Assembly: GCA_021739695.1 (NCBI GenBank)
Contig: JAIPBM010000008.1
Span: 37,013-101,012, forward strand
DNA from: Flavobacteriales bacterium
GTDB lineage: Bacteria > Bacteroidota > Bacteroidia > UBA10329
Direction: 5' to 3'
Length of the DNA stretch: 64,000 nt
The stretch's first letter is position 1. Each line of letters begins with the position of its first letter. The notes below the pieces were generated by a model. It was not told the origin of the DNA, ran no database searches, and saw only the letters and a program-made list of their open reading frames with translations. Below are positions 19,167-29,251 of this stretch, piece by piece. A program made the translations under genes and the position numbers.

Positions 19167-22100
19167 ATGATGAGAACACTTTTATTGACCTTCAGTCTTT
19201 TCCTTTCAAGCAACCTAATCTTCGCCCAAAGCAACATTAACTGGGTCAGTTCGCTTTCCAATGATCAGGGGTTCATAGAGAACAAAGGTCAATTCGATGG
19301 CTTCGCGGAATCAAACTCATCAGAAATACGCTACGCGTTAGACGGTGGAAATTCGATGATTCTATTTACCAACGAAGGATTTACGTTCCGTTTTACCAAA
19401 AAAATAAAGAACAAGAATCGGACAAAAGGAGACGAGACCAAACCAAAATATCTTGAAGAGAAGGAGATTGTTTCTGTCAAGTGGATCGGCATAAACAAGC
19501 AGGCAGCCATTGTTTCTGAGGAAATCCTAAATGATAAACACTTCTATGCTTCAGGTAATATGGAAGTGGGTAGCACGATTGAAAATGTGAATGGTTTTGC
19601 CAAGCTCGTTTACAAGAACGCATACCCAAAGATTGACATTGAATTCACTGTTCATCCTATATCCGGAATCAAGTACGATATAATTCTACATCCAGGAGCG
19701 GATCCATCTCGGATCAAAATGACATACACATCCAAAAGCCAACCTGTAATTGACACTGAAGGAAATGTGATCATCTCTACCGAATTCGGTGACATAATCG
19801 ACCACGCACCTTCGACCTCATACTCTAAGTCTGGCAACAAGATCAACTCGAAATTCAAGTTGGATGGGAACACGGTACGTTTTGAACTTGGCGGTTACAG
19901 TGCCGACCAAGAAGTAGTTATCGATCCATGGGTTCAAACTCCTGCATTTCCGAATTCTGGTGGCATTTGGGACATCGATGTGGACGACCTAGGAAACGTT
20001 TACGTCTATGGAGGCGACACTCCAATGAGACTTCGCAAATATGATGCGCTTGGCAACATTCTTTGGACCTACAACACGCCTTGGGATTCGGCCAATTATT
20101 GGATCGGAACGATGATCACTGAACCGACAACGGGAGACTGCTTCATTACCGCTGGTACTGACCCACGTATTTCACGCATCAGCACTGCTGGTAATTTACT
20201 TTGGACGGCAAGTGGTGGCGCTTTCGATGAGTATTGGAAATTCTCGTTCAACTGCGATTTTACCCGATTGATGCTCGGAGGTACTCGTCTATCGCTTGGC
20301 GGTGGAGTTGGTTTGATTGATGGTTATGGCTACGTGTTTGAAATAAATATGAGCAATGGTGCTCAGATAGGAAACCTCGAAGTTGCAAGTGTCACGCCTG
20401 GCCCTTTAGGGCTGGCCAGCAATCCGAATGAAGTTCGCGCCATGTGTCCTTCTCCTAACGGGAAATACTATTTCATGACCCTTGATTCCATTGGAAGTTT
20501 TGATGATAACCTTGTGTTAGGCTATAAAGACAACCACGGCTACGGATTCTCATATCAAGTGGCAGGTTATGGTGTCACCAATCAAAGCATAAACGCTATG
20601 GTGGCCACCACCGATTATCTGTATACTCAAAATGGTGCTATACTTCACAAAAGAAATATTGTTGATGGGTCCATCATTTCTTCCGTTCCAATTCCAAGCG
20701 GCACAACCAGTTCCCAACTGGGTTTCGCCTCGGCAGAAAATGGCGGATTGGCCATTGATAGCTGTGGAAACCTCTATGCAGGTTCGGGAAACGGTGTTTA
20801 TAAATTCGATGAGAATTTGAATCCATTAGGTTCTCAAACAACTTCGAACCGAGTTTATGACGTTGCAGTAAATCGCGCAGGCGAAGTAGTTGCTTGCGGA
20901 CAAGGATTTGTTGCTTCACTCAACCTTACGCCTTGCGCTCCAGCAAAAGCAATTTGTCTTAATTGTCTTGAACTCTCTCCTTTAGGTCCATATTGCCAAA
21001 CGGATGGACAAGACACCTTGGTTGCTTCAGCACCAGGAATCTGGACTGGCCCAGGCATTATCGATCAAGCACTAGGAATCTTTGATCCTGCGGTTGCAGA
21101 TACAGGGACGCACGTGATTCACTTTGCGCCTGAAATTCCATTTGAATGTGGCATTGATTCTTTGGTGATCGAAGTAAACTATTGTGTCGATCTTCTAGCT
21201 TGCGTCAACCTTGCTGGTGATATTACGGTCTCCGAAGGAACGGCACCTTACACATGGTCTCAGTTGATTGACACTGTGGATTGCAGCACATGTATTGCCT
21301 TTCCAGGTTTTGGACCATGCGATTTCCCTCCTGGTTGTTCGGTTGCTAGTACCATGTGGGTAGAATTCGCCACTGACACAACCATAACTCCAACTGGAAA
21401 CTGGCCGATAATGGTGGAAGATGCAGAAGGAAATGCGTTGGAGATAAACTCGGTTTCAGAACTTCCAGCGTGTGAAAGCGGTTGCTTCCTTTCTGTGAAT
21501 TTGCCACCTCAAGTAATTGCTTGCACCGGTGATAGTGCGATTGCCACCGCTGCTCCCACGGGTGTTATCGGAACTGCACTATTCTCTTGGAATACCGTTC
21601 CAGTGCAAACAACCGCTACTGCGGTTGGCCTTGTTCCAGGAAACTACTACACAGTAACCGTTACTGACGATAGTTCTTGTGTGGCCATCGATTCTGTTTT
21701 CGTTGTAGAACAGGAATGCATTGGCCCAGTGGTCTGTGTCAATCCGTTCAATGATCTGATGGCTGAAGGAATCGCCCCATTTACATGGTTCCAGTTTGTA
21801 AGCTCCACCGATTGTAGCGGATGTTTTGAAGTACCCGGATTCCCACCGTGTTCATTCCCTCCCGGATGTGCAGTGACCATTAACGAATGGCAGCAGTTTG
21901 CAACCGGGGAAATGGCAACGCCAACCGGAAACTGGCCAATAGCAGTTTTGGATGGCGTTGGAGATACCTTATTTATCAATTCACTTTCGGAATTACCTGC
22001 TTGTGCGCAGATATGCTACATTTCGGTTGATGTGCCAGCGCAGGCTTTTGTTTGCAATGGTCAATCCAATGGAGAAGTTACCGCTAACGTTTCGGGCGCG

Positions 22101-23444
22101 TTTGGAACCGTGTCTTATTCATGGAATACTGCACCCGTCCAAACCACAGCCACGGCAACCGGACTTGCTGTCGGCACTTATATAGTAACTGTCACCGATG
22201 ACAACAGTTGTTTAGATAGCGATACAGTAGAAGTTGAAATGTTACCGCAAATTCTGTTGCAATCGTCTGGAACTGATTCTCTTTGCTTAGGCGTAACTGT
22301 TGGCAGCGCTTCTGTAATAGCAACAGGTGGGGCAGGTTCTTATCAGTACTCTTGGAACACTTCGCCTGTTCAAACATCAGCTACGGCCACTGGGCTTGGC
22401 GTTGGTTCTTACACCGTTACAGTGACAGATCTTACTGGTTGCACCTCTATGGAAACATGGTCAATCGAAGAGCGAATTTCCGTTTTAGTTCAAGTGGGTG
22501 CAACAGATGATATTTGCGTTGGATCAACGGATGGAACTGCGACTGCATCTGCTTCAAATGGATCTGGCAACTACACTTATTCATGGAACACAACCCCTGT
22601 TCAAAATGGAGCAACGGCAAGCGGTTTATCTTCAGGAACCTATCAGGTAACTGCAACAGATGTAGATGGTTGTCAAGGAGTTGCTTCTGTTACCATTGGA
22701 ACGCTTCTTGCGGTTGCAGTGGATGCAGGACCAACCACATCAATTTGCTTAGGACAACAGACTGATCTTTTGGCGACTGGTGGCATTTCATATTTATGGA
22801 ATACTGGTGAAACGACCGCATCTATAACCGTGATGCCAACTGAAACCACGCTATACGAGGTTACTGCAACCGACAACAATAATTGCGAAGCAAGTGACAC
22901 GGTTACTGTATTTGTCGTAGCTATTCCGCAAGTAACGATTGTTGAACCCGATTCTCTTGTTTGTGATGTTGAACAGCCATTCCAGCTTGTGGGAAATCCA
23001 ACCGGTGGAACGTTCTCAGGAACTGGAGTGAATTCAGACGGTATGTTTGACCCGATGGCTGCAGGAAACGGAGCACATGTTGTCACTTACACCTTCGGTT
23101 CTGTAGCGAATTGCGATGTAGACACGTCTGTAGTAATTGTAGTTGATGAACATTTGTGCGATGTAATCGCTCCGAATGTTTTCAACCCGAATTCCGATTT
23201 TAGTGGTCAAGCAGATTTCTGTGGGAATGTTCCGCAGAATAACGTTTTCAGCCTTCCTTGTTTAGAATGGTATCCAGGTAATCGTGTCCGGATTTTTGAC
23301 CGTTGGGGAATTAAGCAATATGATCAAATTGACTATCATTTGAAGCCTTGGACAGGCGACAATCAAAGCGATGGCATTTACTACTACATCTTAGAAATAC
23401 AGAACGAAGAAACGATAAAAGGATTCTTCCATTTGATCAGATAG
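19167..23444 (+). CDS. SprB-repeat cell-surface adhesin with T9SS type-B (gliding-motility-associated) C-terminal domain
   Basis: Signal peptide. More than 8 copies of SxNT.PVQT.ATA.GL..G.Y.VTVTD..GC (SprB repeat pattern). C-terminus ...APNVFNPNSDFSG...RIFDRWGIKQY...DGIYYYILE...GFFHLIR matches the CHU_C/type-B CTD pattern. Confidence 0.75.
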   Translation: MMRTLLLTFSLFLSSNLIFAQSNINWVSSLSNDQGFIENKGQFDGFAESNSSEIRYALDGGNSMILFTNEGFTFRFTKKIKNKNRTKGDETKPKYLEEKEIVSVKWIGINKQAAIVSEEILNDKHFYASGNMEVGSTIENVNGFAKLVYKNAYPKIDIEFTVHPISGIKYDIILHPGADPSRIKMTYTSKSQPVIDTEGNVIISTEFGDIIDHAPSTSYSKSGNKINSKFKLDGNTVRFELGGYSADQEVVIDPWVQTPAFPNSGGIWDIDVDDLGNVYVYGGDTPMRLRKYDALGNILWTYNTPWDSANYWIGTMITEPTTGDCFITAGTDPRISRISTAGNLLWTASGGAFDEYWKFSFNCDFTRLMLGGTRLSLGGGVGLIDGYGYVFEINMSNGAQIGNLEVASVTPGPLGLASNPNEVRAMCPSPNGKYYFMTLDSIGSFDDNLVLGYKDNHGYGFSYQVAGYGVTNQSINAMVATTDYLYTQNGAILHKRNIVDGSIISSVPIPSGTTSSQLGFASAENGGLAIDSCGNLYAGSGNGVYKFDENLNPLGSQTTSNRVYDVAVNRAGEVVACGQGFVASLNLTPCAPAKAICLNCLELSPLGPYCQTDGQDTLVASAPGIWTGPGIIDQALGIFDPAVADTGTHVIHFAPEIPFECGIDSLVIEVNYCVDLLACVNLAGDITVSEGTAPYTWSQLIDTVDCSTCIAFPGFGPCDFPPGCSVASTMWVEFATDTTITPTGNWPIMVEDAEGNALEINSVSELPACESGCFLSVNLPPQVIACTGDSAIATAAPTGVIGTALFSWNTVPVQTTATAVGLVPGNYYTVTVTDDSSCVAIDSVFVVEQECIGPVVCVNPFNDLMAEGIAPFTWFQFVSSTDCSGCFEVPGFPPCSFPPGCAVTINEWQQFATGEMATPTGNWPIAVLDGVGDTLFINSLSELPACAQICYISVDVPAQAFVCNGQSNGEVTANVSGAFGTVSYSWNTAPVQTTATATGLAVGTYIVTVTDDNSCLDSDTVEVEMLPQILLQSSGTDSLCLGVTVGSASVIATGGAGSYQYSWNTSPVQTSATATGLGVGSYTVTVTDLTGCTSMETWSIEERISVLVQVGATDDICVGSTDGTATASASNGSGNYTYSWNTTPVQNGATASGLSSGTYQVTATDVDGCQGVASVTIGTLLAVAVDAGPTTSICLGQQTDLLATGGISYLWNTGETTASITVMPTETTLYEVTATDNNNCEASDTVTVFVVAIPQVTIVEPDSLVCDVEQPFQLVGNPTGGTFSGTGVNSDGMFDPMAAGNGAHVVTYTFGSVANCDVDTSVVIVVDEHLCDVIAPNVFNPNSDFSGQADFCGNVPQNNVFSLPCLEWYPGNRVRIFDRWGIKQYDQIDYHLKPWTGDNQSDGIYYYILEIQNEETIKGFFHLIR

Positions 23445-23470
23445 ACCATTTGCGTGGTAATTGAGAAGTC

Positions 23471-23506
23471 CCGTTCCTGCGAAGGAGCGGGACTTTTATG
23501 TTCCTA
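23471..23506 (+). terminator. Rho-independent terminator after the SprB-like gene
   Basis: AGTCCCGTTCCtgcgaaGGAGCGGGACT followed by TTTTATGTT. 11-bp stem with one G-U pair. Confidence 0.5.
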
Positions 23507-23566
23507 TACAAAAACAGAAAAGCCGCAGCTTTCGCCACGGCCTTCCCCTCTCGCCAACCATAAAAC

Positions 23567-24460
23567 TTACCTCAGCTTGATCTGAACCCTTCCCAAACTC
23601 TTCGCCCCATTGCTCACCTCAAGTGTGTAAGTTCCCTTTTTCAATTTCGATTTCGGCACAAACTCCATTTTCATTCGCTTAGCACTTACCAATTCGCCTT
23701 CAACCATTGTAAGAGATGCAGTAAGTCCTTCATCATTCAGCACTTCCGAAATGCTTGCAATTCCGTCTTTGTCTGTCAATTCCGTTCCTTGTGGATCGAT
23801 CACTTTCAGTTTTAGATTGTTTGTCATGCTAATTGGAAGATCCACTTCCATTTTCAACTCTTTTGTGCGATTGGCCACAACTGTAAGTCGTTGTTTCTTT
23901 TTGCCTTGAACTGCCTCAACCAAAGCATTATTAATGGCTATTTCCTGAAGTGCACTTACATGATTATTCAGCCTTGAATTGACGATGGCAAGATCACTAT
24001 TTTCAATTCTGATCTTACTGTTTTCAGCAGTTAGCTCGTCCAAAGATTTGTTCATCCTGTTCATGTCCTTTTCCATGTCTTTGAGCATTGCTTCCAATTC
24101 GCCCTTTTGTTTTTTCAAAGCATCGACCTGAGAAGCTGTTGACCGAAATCGCTTGTTTTCCCTTTCAACCTTTTCAATTTGCGCCAATTGCACTACAATT
24201 TTTGAGCTGAGACCTTTGTTCTCTTCCCCCATTTTTGCCAAATCTGACTTGAACTGAGCAACCGATTTTTCCAATTGCAACTTTTCACTCACCAATCTTT
24301 CTTGCTGAATGCGGGTGTCTTGAAGCACTTGGTCCAAATCCCAGTTTTTGTTTTGCAAAACGAGCAATCCGCTCAATGCGGCAAAAAACAAAACTGTGGT
24401 TATCAAGGCAACTTTACGAGCGGTTATTCTGCTCTTTGATTTTTGAATTGTGGTTTCCAT
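23567..24460 (-). CDS. Membrane-anchored coiled-coil protein, hypothetical
   Basis: N-terminal TM helix (LITTVLFFAALSGLLVL), then a long heptad-rich, charged region (QQERLVSEKLQLEKSVAQFKSDLAK...). Confidence 0.4.
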   Translation of the reverse strand: METTIQKSKSRITARKVALITTVLFFAALSGLLVLQNKNWDLDQVLQDTRIQQERLVSEKLQLEKSVAQFKSDLAKMGEENKGLSSKIVVQLAQIEKVERENKRFRSTASQVDALKKQKGELEAMLKDMEKDMNRMNKSLDELTAENSKIRIENSDLAIVNSRLNNHVSALQEIAINNALVEAVQGKKKQRLTVVANRTKELKMEVDLPISMTNNLKLKVIDPQGTELTDKDGIASISEVLNDEGLTASLTMVEGELVSAKRMKMEFVPKSKLKKGTYTLEVSNGAKSLGRVQIKLR

Positions 24461-24560
24461 TAGTTCTAATTAATTGAGGTTTGTTTTATGTCTCTTTGTT
24501 TGTTGAACCAAAGTTGACACTACCGAATTAGAAGCGAATGAAAGCGGAATTAAATTGCGA

Positions 24561-25934
24561 TTAAAGCTGTTTGAGTGGAATACTCACAGTAAAAACAGAG
24601 CCTTTTTCAAGTTCACTCAATACGCTGATTGAACCTTTATGAAGATCTGTAATGCGCTTAACCAGCGACAGTCCGATGCCATGACCATCTCGATTCCGAA
24701 TAGCGTTCGATCGAAAGAATGGTTCAAAAATGTGTTTCAGATCAGATTCAGAAATTCCAATTCCATTGTCTGCAAAGGAAAGCTCGATGAATTCGCCACG
24801 GATACCCAACGAAACTTTAACGATATGATCATCCGAATACTTGCAACCGTTTTCCATCATGTTCAACACAAGTGTTTTAAGAAGAATATCACTTCCCGAA
24901 ACTTGAAGCTCTTCGAGGTCGGTAATTGTTTCATCCAATTCCACTTCAACGGAATAAACCGGTTTCATCTTAATAAGGTCTGCACGCGCTTCCCACAGAA
25001 TGTCATCTACACGTACCGATTTGAAATTGGCTTCAGGCGCATCCGTTCCTGTCTGTGCCAACAGCAACAATCGGTTGGCTAGTTTATTGAGTTTATGAAT
25101 GTCTTGTAGCACCGATTCAACAGCCACTTTATATTCATCCTCTGTGCGGTCTTTTAAGAGAATAACTTCAAGCTGCCCCGAAATAGCCGTGAGTGGAGTG
25201 CGCATTTCGTGACTCGCATTTGCAATGAAATTGCGCTGCGAAATGAAGGCAGATTCTAATCTGGCAAGCATGGCATTGAACGAAATGGCGAGTTGTGCAA
25301 TCTCGTCCGAGCCATTTCCTTCATTGGCCCGTTTATCCAAATTACTGATGGAAATGCCTGCAATTTCGGCCACCAACTGTTTGATCGGATTCAGCGCCCG
25401 CTCGGCATAAATTCTTCCAAGAAGAAAAAAGGCGATCATTCCCGAGCCCAGCACGATAGCCAAAACCTGTCCGAGGTTTTGAATTTTCCTCCTTCCATAA
25501 ATATCGATGGCCGAAACGATGACCACAAATCGATCGTAGCGATCGGTAAATAAGAACGCCTCGGTTTCGCGCTTGTCTTTGTTTAGCTGAATGCCGTTTC
25601 CTAACCGAACCTGATTCAGGAAATCCTTTGAAGGCAATTCGATATCCAAACCTTCAGAACTATAGATGAGGCTATCTTTAAAGTTAAAAATCAGAATTTC
25701 CTCCTCGGGTAAGCGAACCGGATTATTGCGTTCAATGATATTCAGAAGATTCTCATCCACTTCTTCTACCTGAATAAGCAGCTTGGCCATGTTCACGCCT
25801 CGACTGATCAGCCGTTGCGAAAATTCATCCTTCCTATAATCAGCAGAAAGGAAATAAATAGCGATGGAAGCGATGCCAAGTACCAGCGATGCTAGTAGTC
25901 CGAATTGAAGCGTAAGCCGATTGCGAAGGCTCAT
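24561..25934 (-). CDS. Sensor histidine kinase (HAMP-HisKA-HATPase_c)
   Basis: Two TM helices. H-box ASHEMRTPLTAISG. G-box motifs near the C-terminus (DNGIGISESDLKHIFEPFFR, GHGIGLSLVK). Confidence 0.9.
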   Translation of the reverse strand: MSLRNRLTLQFGLLASLVLGIASIAIYFLSADYRKDEFSQRLISRGVNMAKLLIQVEEVDENLLNIIERNNPVRLPEEEILIFNFKDSLIYSSEGLDIELPSKDFLNQVRLGNGIQLNKDKRETEAFLFTDRYDRFVVIVSAIDIYGRRKIQNLGQVLAIVLGSGMIAFFLLGRIYAERALNPIKQLVAEIAGISISNLDKRANEGNGSDEIAQLAISFNAMLARLESAFISQRNFIANASHEMRTPLTAISGQLEVILLKDRTEDEYKVAVESVLQDIHKLNKLANRLLLLAQTGTDAPEANFKSVRVDDILWEARADLIKMKPVYSVEVELDETITDLEELQVSGSDILLKTLVLNMMENGCKYSDDHIVKVSLGIRGEFIELSFADNGIGISESDLKHIFEPFFRSNAIRNRDGHGIGLSLVKRITDLHKGSISVLSELEKGSVFTVSIPLKQL

Positions 25935-25937
25935 TTG

Positions 25938-26612
25938 CTATGCTTGCAACACGTATCCGTGACCAATACGTGTTTGAATGAGTTTGGTGTCAAAATCCTT
26001 ATCCACTTTCTTGCGAAGCAAGTTCATATACACATCCACCACGTTCGTTCCTGTATCGAAATGAATGTCCCAAACATTGTCTGAAATCTGCACGCGCGAA
26101 ACGACCCGTTCCCGATTCCGCATAAGGTATTCGAGCAACGAGAATTCCTTGGCTGTCAGCGAAATTGATTTCCCACTTCGCACAGCCTGTTTCTTCTCAA
26201 GATCCAATTCAAGATCGTGGTAAACTAGTTTGTGATTCACCTCTGTAGCGCCAGAATTCCTTCTACTCAATGAACGAATTCGAGCAAGCAGTTCTTTAAA
26301 CTCAAATGGCTTGACGAGATAGTCGTCTGCGCCAGCATCCAAGCCATTTACTTTATCTTCAGTTGTTCCTAAGGCAGTGAGCATTAGAATTGGAACCGTG
26401 ATACCTTGCTTGCGTACTTCCTTGCAAAGTTCCATTCCGTTCATTCCAGGAATGATCACATCAAAGATCATCAGGTCGAACAATTCTTTGGTTGCAAACC
26501 GAAGTCCAAGTTGCCCATCGTAGGCCAATTTCACTTCATGGCCACTTTCTTCAAGTCCTTGAACAATGAATGCAGCAACCTTCGGTTCGTCTTCTACAAC
26601 AAGAATTCTCAT
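25938..26612 (-). CDS. OmpR-family response regulator (receiver plus winged-helix)
   Basis: MRILVVEDEPK...DLMIFDVIIPGMNG. C-terminal trans_reg_C-like motifs (LTAKEFSLLEYLMRN, RIGHGYVL). 3-nt gap to the kinase. Confidence 0.9.
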   Translation of the reverse strand: MRILVVEDEPKVAAFIVQGLEESGHEVKLAYDGQLGLRFATKELFDLMIFDVIIPGMNGMELCKEVRKQGITVPILMLTALGTTEDKVNGLDAGADDYLVKPFEFKELLARIRSLSRRNSGATEVNHKLVYHDLELDLEKKQAVRSGKSISLTAKEFSLLEYLMRNRERVVSRVQISDNVWDIHFDTGTNVVDVYMNLLRKKVDKDFDTKLIQTRIGHGYVLQA

Positions 26613-26697
26613 AGTGTAATATAAGACTGCAAAATTACTTTCTCAGATTTTGGCCGAATGAAATTTCCATTAAGATCGGGTTTACAGCCAGTAAGAC

Positions 26698-26735
26698 AAA
26701 AAAAGCCCCGCCATTTCAGGCGGGGCTCGGTTTTC
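26698..26735 (-). terminator. Rho-independent terminator downstream of the PadR-associated membrane protein gene
   Basis: On the minus strand: GCCCCGCCtgaaatgGCGGGGC followed by TTTTTTT. Confidence 0.55.
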
Positions 26736-26741
26736 CCAGCC

Positions 26742-28019
26742 TCAACTTGGCGGGTTTGAGGCCTCGGGCCGACTTATCTTTGATAGCAATACTTGGTTTT
26801 CCATCTGTCGGATCTCCAATTGCCAGTTCGTAATGTTTGTAATGACAGTGAATAGCGGAGTGTATTCGAATTGATGCAGCCCCCAACTCTGTGGTTGACC
26901 TTGTGCATCTGAAAAACTTCCGTCTGTCCGCAGTCCCAGATTATCGTCCATCAACGAGCGAAGTTCTGGTGGATATTGATGAAGTACCGCAGTGCGATAA
27001 TGGGCGAACATATCTTCAAGCTCGCTGGCGCTGAACCGTCCGTTGTTCGGAGCATCATCTGGCCCCAACAATAGATCGTGAGATATGGCCATGTCGTGTT
27101 TCTTGTCCATTTGATAGATATCAGAAATCTTCAGTTGCAAGGGATCGGCTTGAGCAGCCCAAGCAATCAGTTCCTTCTTCATTCCTTCGAGATGATTGAC
27201 CAATTGGTCAGATTCATCTTTTAAGTTGGCAAGATCAGCTGGAGACGTTTTGGTATAGAGTTGCGCGTTCAGAGCGGTCAATTGCTGCGTTTGCTCCGTC
27301 AGATTTTCATTCGACACCATCACTCCATGTTCATAATAGATGCTGTTTCCTGTTTTCATCAGAGCTAGGATCAGAATAAGGCATGCGACTGCTATCATGG
27401 ATGATGAAAGCGTAACAGGCCTGTTGGCTGATGTCTGGTAGCGCTTAAAGAAATACACCGGCACGTAGCCAAAGGCAAGCACGCACATTCCACTAAGCAG
27501 TATTACAGCAGCACCCGGCCAATGCAGTATTTTAAATAGCACACCAACGGTTGTTATTGCCAATCCGAGGAATCCAAGAATGTGGAGCAATGCCTCATCC
27601 TTTGGTGATTCTTTCAGCTTGTGGGTCAATATCAATGGAAGATAGACCAGCGCGAGAAAAGCCGCACCGAGCAATACCATGATGTTGGCCCCAGGCCAAT
27701 GCATCAGTTTAAAAATCGTCCCCGCCAAGAGAAGAAATGTAGAAGTCAGCCCGAAACCAAACGTTACTTTTTTCATGATTGCGTTCATTTCGGTTAATAA
27801 TTTGAATGTTTCGGTTTGGACCTGTTTTAAACCTCCAGGCCCGAAAAGGTTGATTGTATATTGAAAGGCTTCCTCAAACGATTTGCCTTGTTGTAGTTGG
27901 GTTTCAATACTTGTGCAGAGATGATCCAAGAGGTTTTCCTGCAATTCGCTCTGCGCAACACCATTTTCTTTGATGTACGCATCTATCAGTTCCACCTGAA
28001 GTTCCGTTAGCTCAACCAT
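26742..28019 (-). CDS. PadR-associated membrane protein. It has a DUF1700-like cytoplasmic N-domain, a polytopic core with duplicated LMHWPGA motifs and a ~230-aa C-terminal soluble domain.
   Basis: N-terminal ...LIDAYIKENGVAQSELQENLLDHL...GKSFEEAFQYTINLFGPGGL resembles DUF1700 proteins that pair with PadR. Two TM segments each begin with F K (L/I) (M/L) HWPGA. Overlaps the PadR stop by 13 nt. Confidence 0.5.
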   Translation of the reverse strand: MVELTELQVELIDAYIKENGVAQSELQENLLDHLCTSIETQLQQGKSFEEAFQYTINLFGPGGLKQVQTETFKLLTEMNAIMKKVTFGFGLTSTFLLLAGTIFKLMHWPGANIMVLLGAAFLALVYLPLILTHKLKESPKDEALLHILGFLGLAITTVGVLFKILHWPGAAVILLSGMCVLAFGYVPVYFFKRYQTSANRPVTLSSSMIAVACLILILALMKTGNSIYYEHGVMVSNENLTEQTQQLTALNAQLYTKTSPADLANLKDESDQLVNHLEGMKKELIAWAAQADPLQLKISDIYQMDKKHDMAISHDLLLGPDDAPNNGRFSASELEDMFAHYRTAVLHQYPPELRSLMDDNLGLRTDGSFSDAQGQPQSWGLHQFEYTPLFTVITNITNWQLEIRQMENQVLLSKISRPEASNPPS

Positions 28020-28378
28020 TGCAGTTCAGGATTTGGGTTGAAACTGTTCAGCAACGAATTCATCGTTTCGGAGAATTTGCGGAATTCCTCCACTTTATCG
28101 TTTGCTTGCTTGTTACCGTTCTCTGTAAGCCGATAATATTTTCGCACACGTTTACCGATGCTCACCTTCTCAGTAGTAAGAAAACCTTCCGCCTCCAATT
28201 TATGAAGCGTAGGATACAAGGCTCCTTCTGTGAGTTGGATTTCGCCAGCGGTTTTATCCTTGACGTGTTGCGTAATCTCGTACCCATACATCCTTTCGTT
28301 CTCGGCCAATAGGCTCAGAACGATGGTCTGCAGGGTTCCTTTTAATAGCTCTTGCGAATACATAGGACAATGATACAT
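28007..28378 (-). CDS. PadR-family transcriptional regulator
   Basis: LKGTLQTIVLSLLAENERMYGYEITQHV...GALYPTLHKLEAEGFL is the PadR winged-helix signature. Confidence 0.8.
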   Translation of the reverse strand: MYHCPMYSQELLKGTLQTIVLSLLAENERMYGYEITQHVKDKTAGEIQLTEGALYPTLHKLEAEGFLTTEKVSIGKRVRKYYRLTENGNKQANDKVEEFRKFSETMNSLLNSFNPNPELQWLS

Positions 28379-28549
28379 AATTTTCTTAGGTATAAGCGTC
28401 TTATGTATTAACTTTTTTCAACAAGAATTATTGCATGAACAGTTATTTGAGTTCAAAATCAGGATGAAACCAGCTGAATAAACTCAGAAGATTTCTTCAA
28501 CAATTGTCAAAACGTGAATATGAGTTGGGTTATTCTCCCTCTAAACTAC

Positions 28550-29164
28550 CTATTTCTTAGATGGAATATTCCACTTAATGGAAGTACCATTGAATTCGAG
28601 TTGCTCCCATATTTTCTGCTCGTTCTTCTTCCAATGGCTTTTATGTACACCGAGCATCACTGCATCAAAAATCAGAAGAAAACCACCCTGCAAAATGAGC
28701 GAATATCCCATTCCCTTAAAGGAATCGCGTACTTGATTGTTAGCATATCGATTGCCAAACTCCTGAAGGAAAACACCCGAACCAACATATAACACATCGG
28801 CAGCCATGTTTATAGCGTACAGCGTTTCTTGTTGTCGTTGGAGTTTAAACGTACCGGGAATGTCGTATTCCTTGCCTATTCGCTTGCGGGCACTGAAGTA
28901 CGCTGGCAGCGCAATTCCCAAATTCACCACATTCCATGAAGCATTCATCAAATGAAAACTGAACATCATAGAACCTTTTTCGGTGGTCAAAGCGCCAGCG
29001 GTTCCTGCAATGATGTTCCCAACTCCCCAACTTCCCAAAGCGATCATTCCGTTGCGCGAATGCGTGTTAAGCTCTCGATTGTACTGATGGAACACTAGCA
29101 TTTCCTGGGCATTGGAACCGACTGCCAACAGCAAACAAAAGCCTACAATAGATAAATGTTTCAT
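28550..29164 (-). CDS. Hypothetical secreted/membrane protein
   Basis: Signal peptide MKHLSIVGFCLLLAVGSNAQ. Gly-rich hydrophobic segments. No recognisable family. Confidence 0.4.
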   Translation of the reverse strand: MKHLSIVGFCLLLAVGSNAQEMLVFHQYNRELNTHSRNGMIALGSWGVGNIIAGTAGALTTEKGSMMFSFHLMNASWNVVNLGIALPAYFSARKRIGKEYDIPGTFKLQRQQETLYAINMAADVLYVGSGVFLQEFGNRYANNQVRDSFKGMGYSLILQGGFLLIFDAVMLGVHKSHWKKNEQKIWEQLEFNGTSIKWNIPSKK

Positions 29165-29251
29165 AGTCGTTCAAAATTAAGCTTGGTTCGCACTTGTTGA
29201 TAATGATAGAAGTTATCTTCGAAAATCAACAACTCACCAAACCACTAAATC

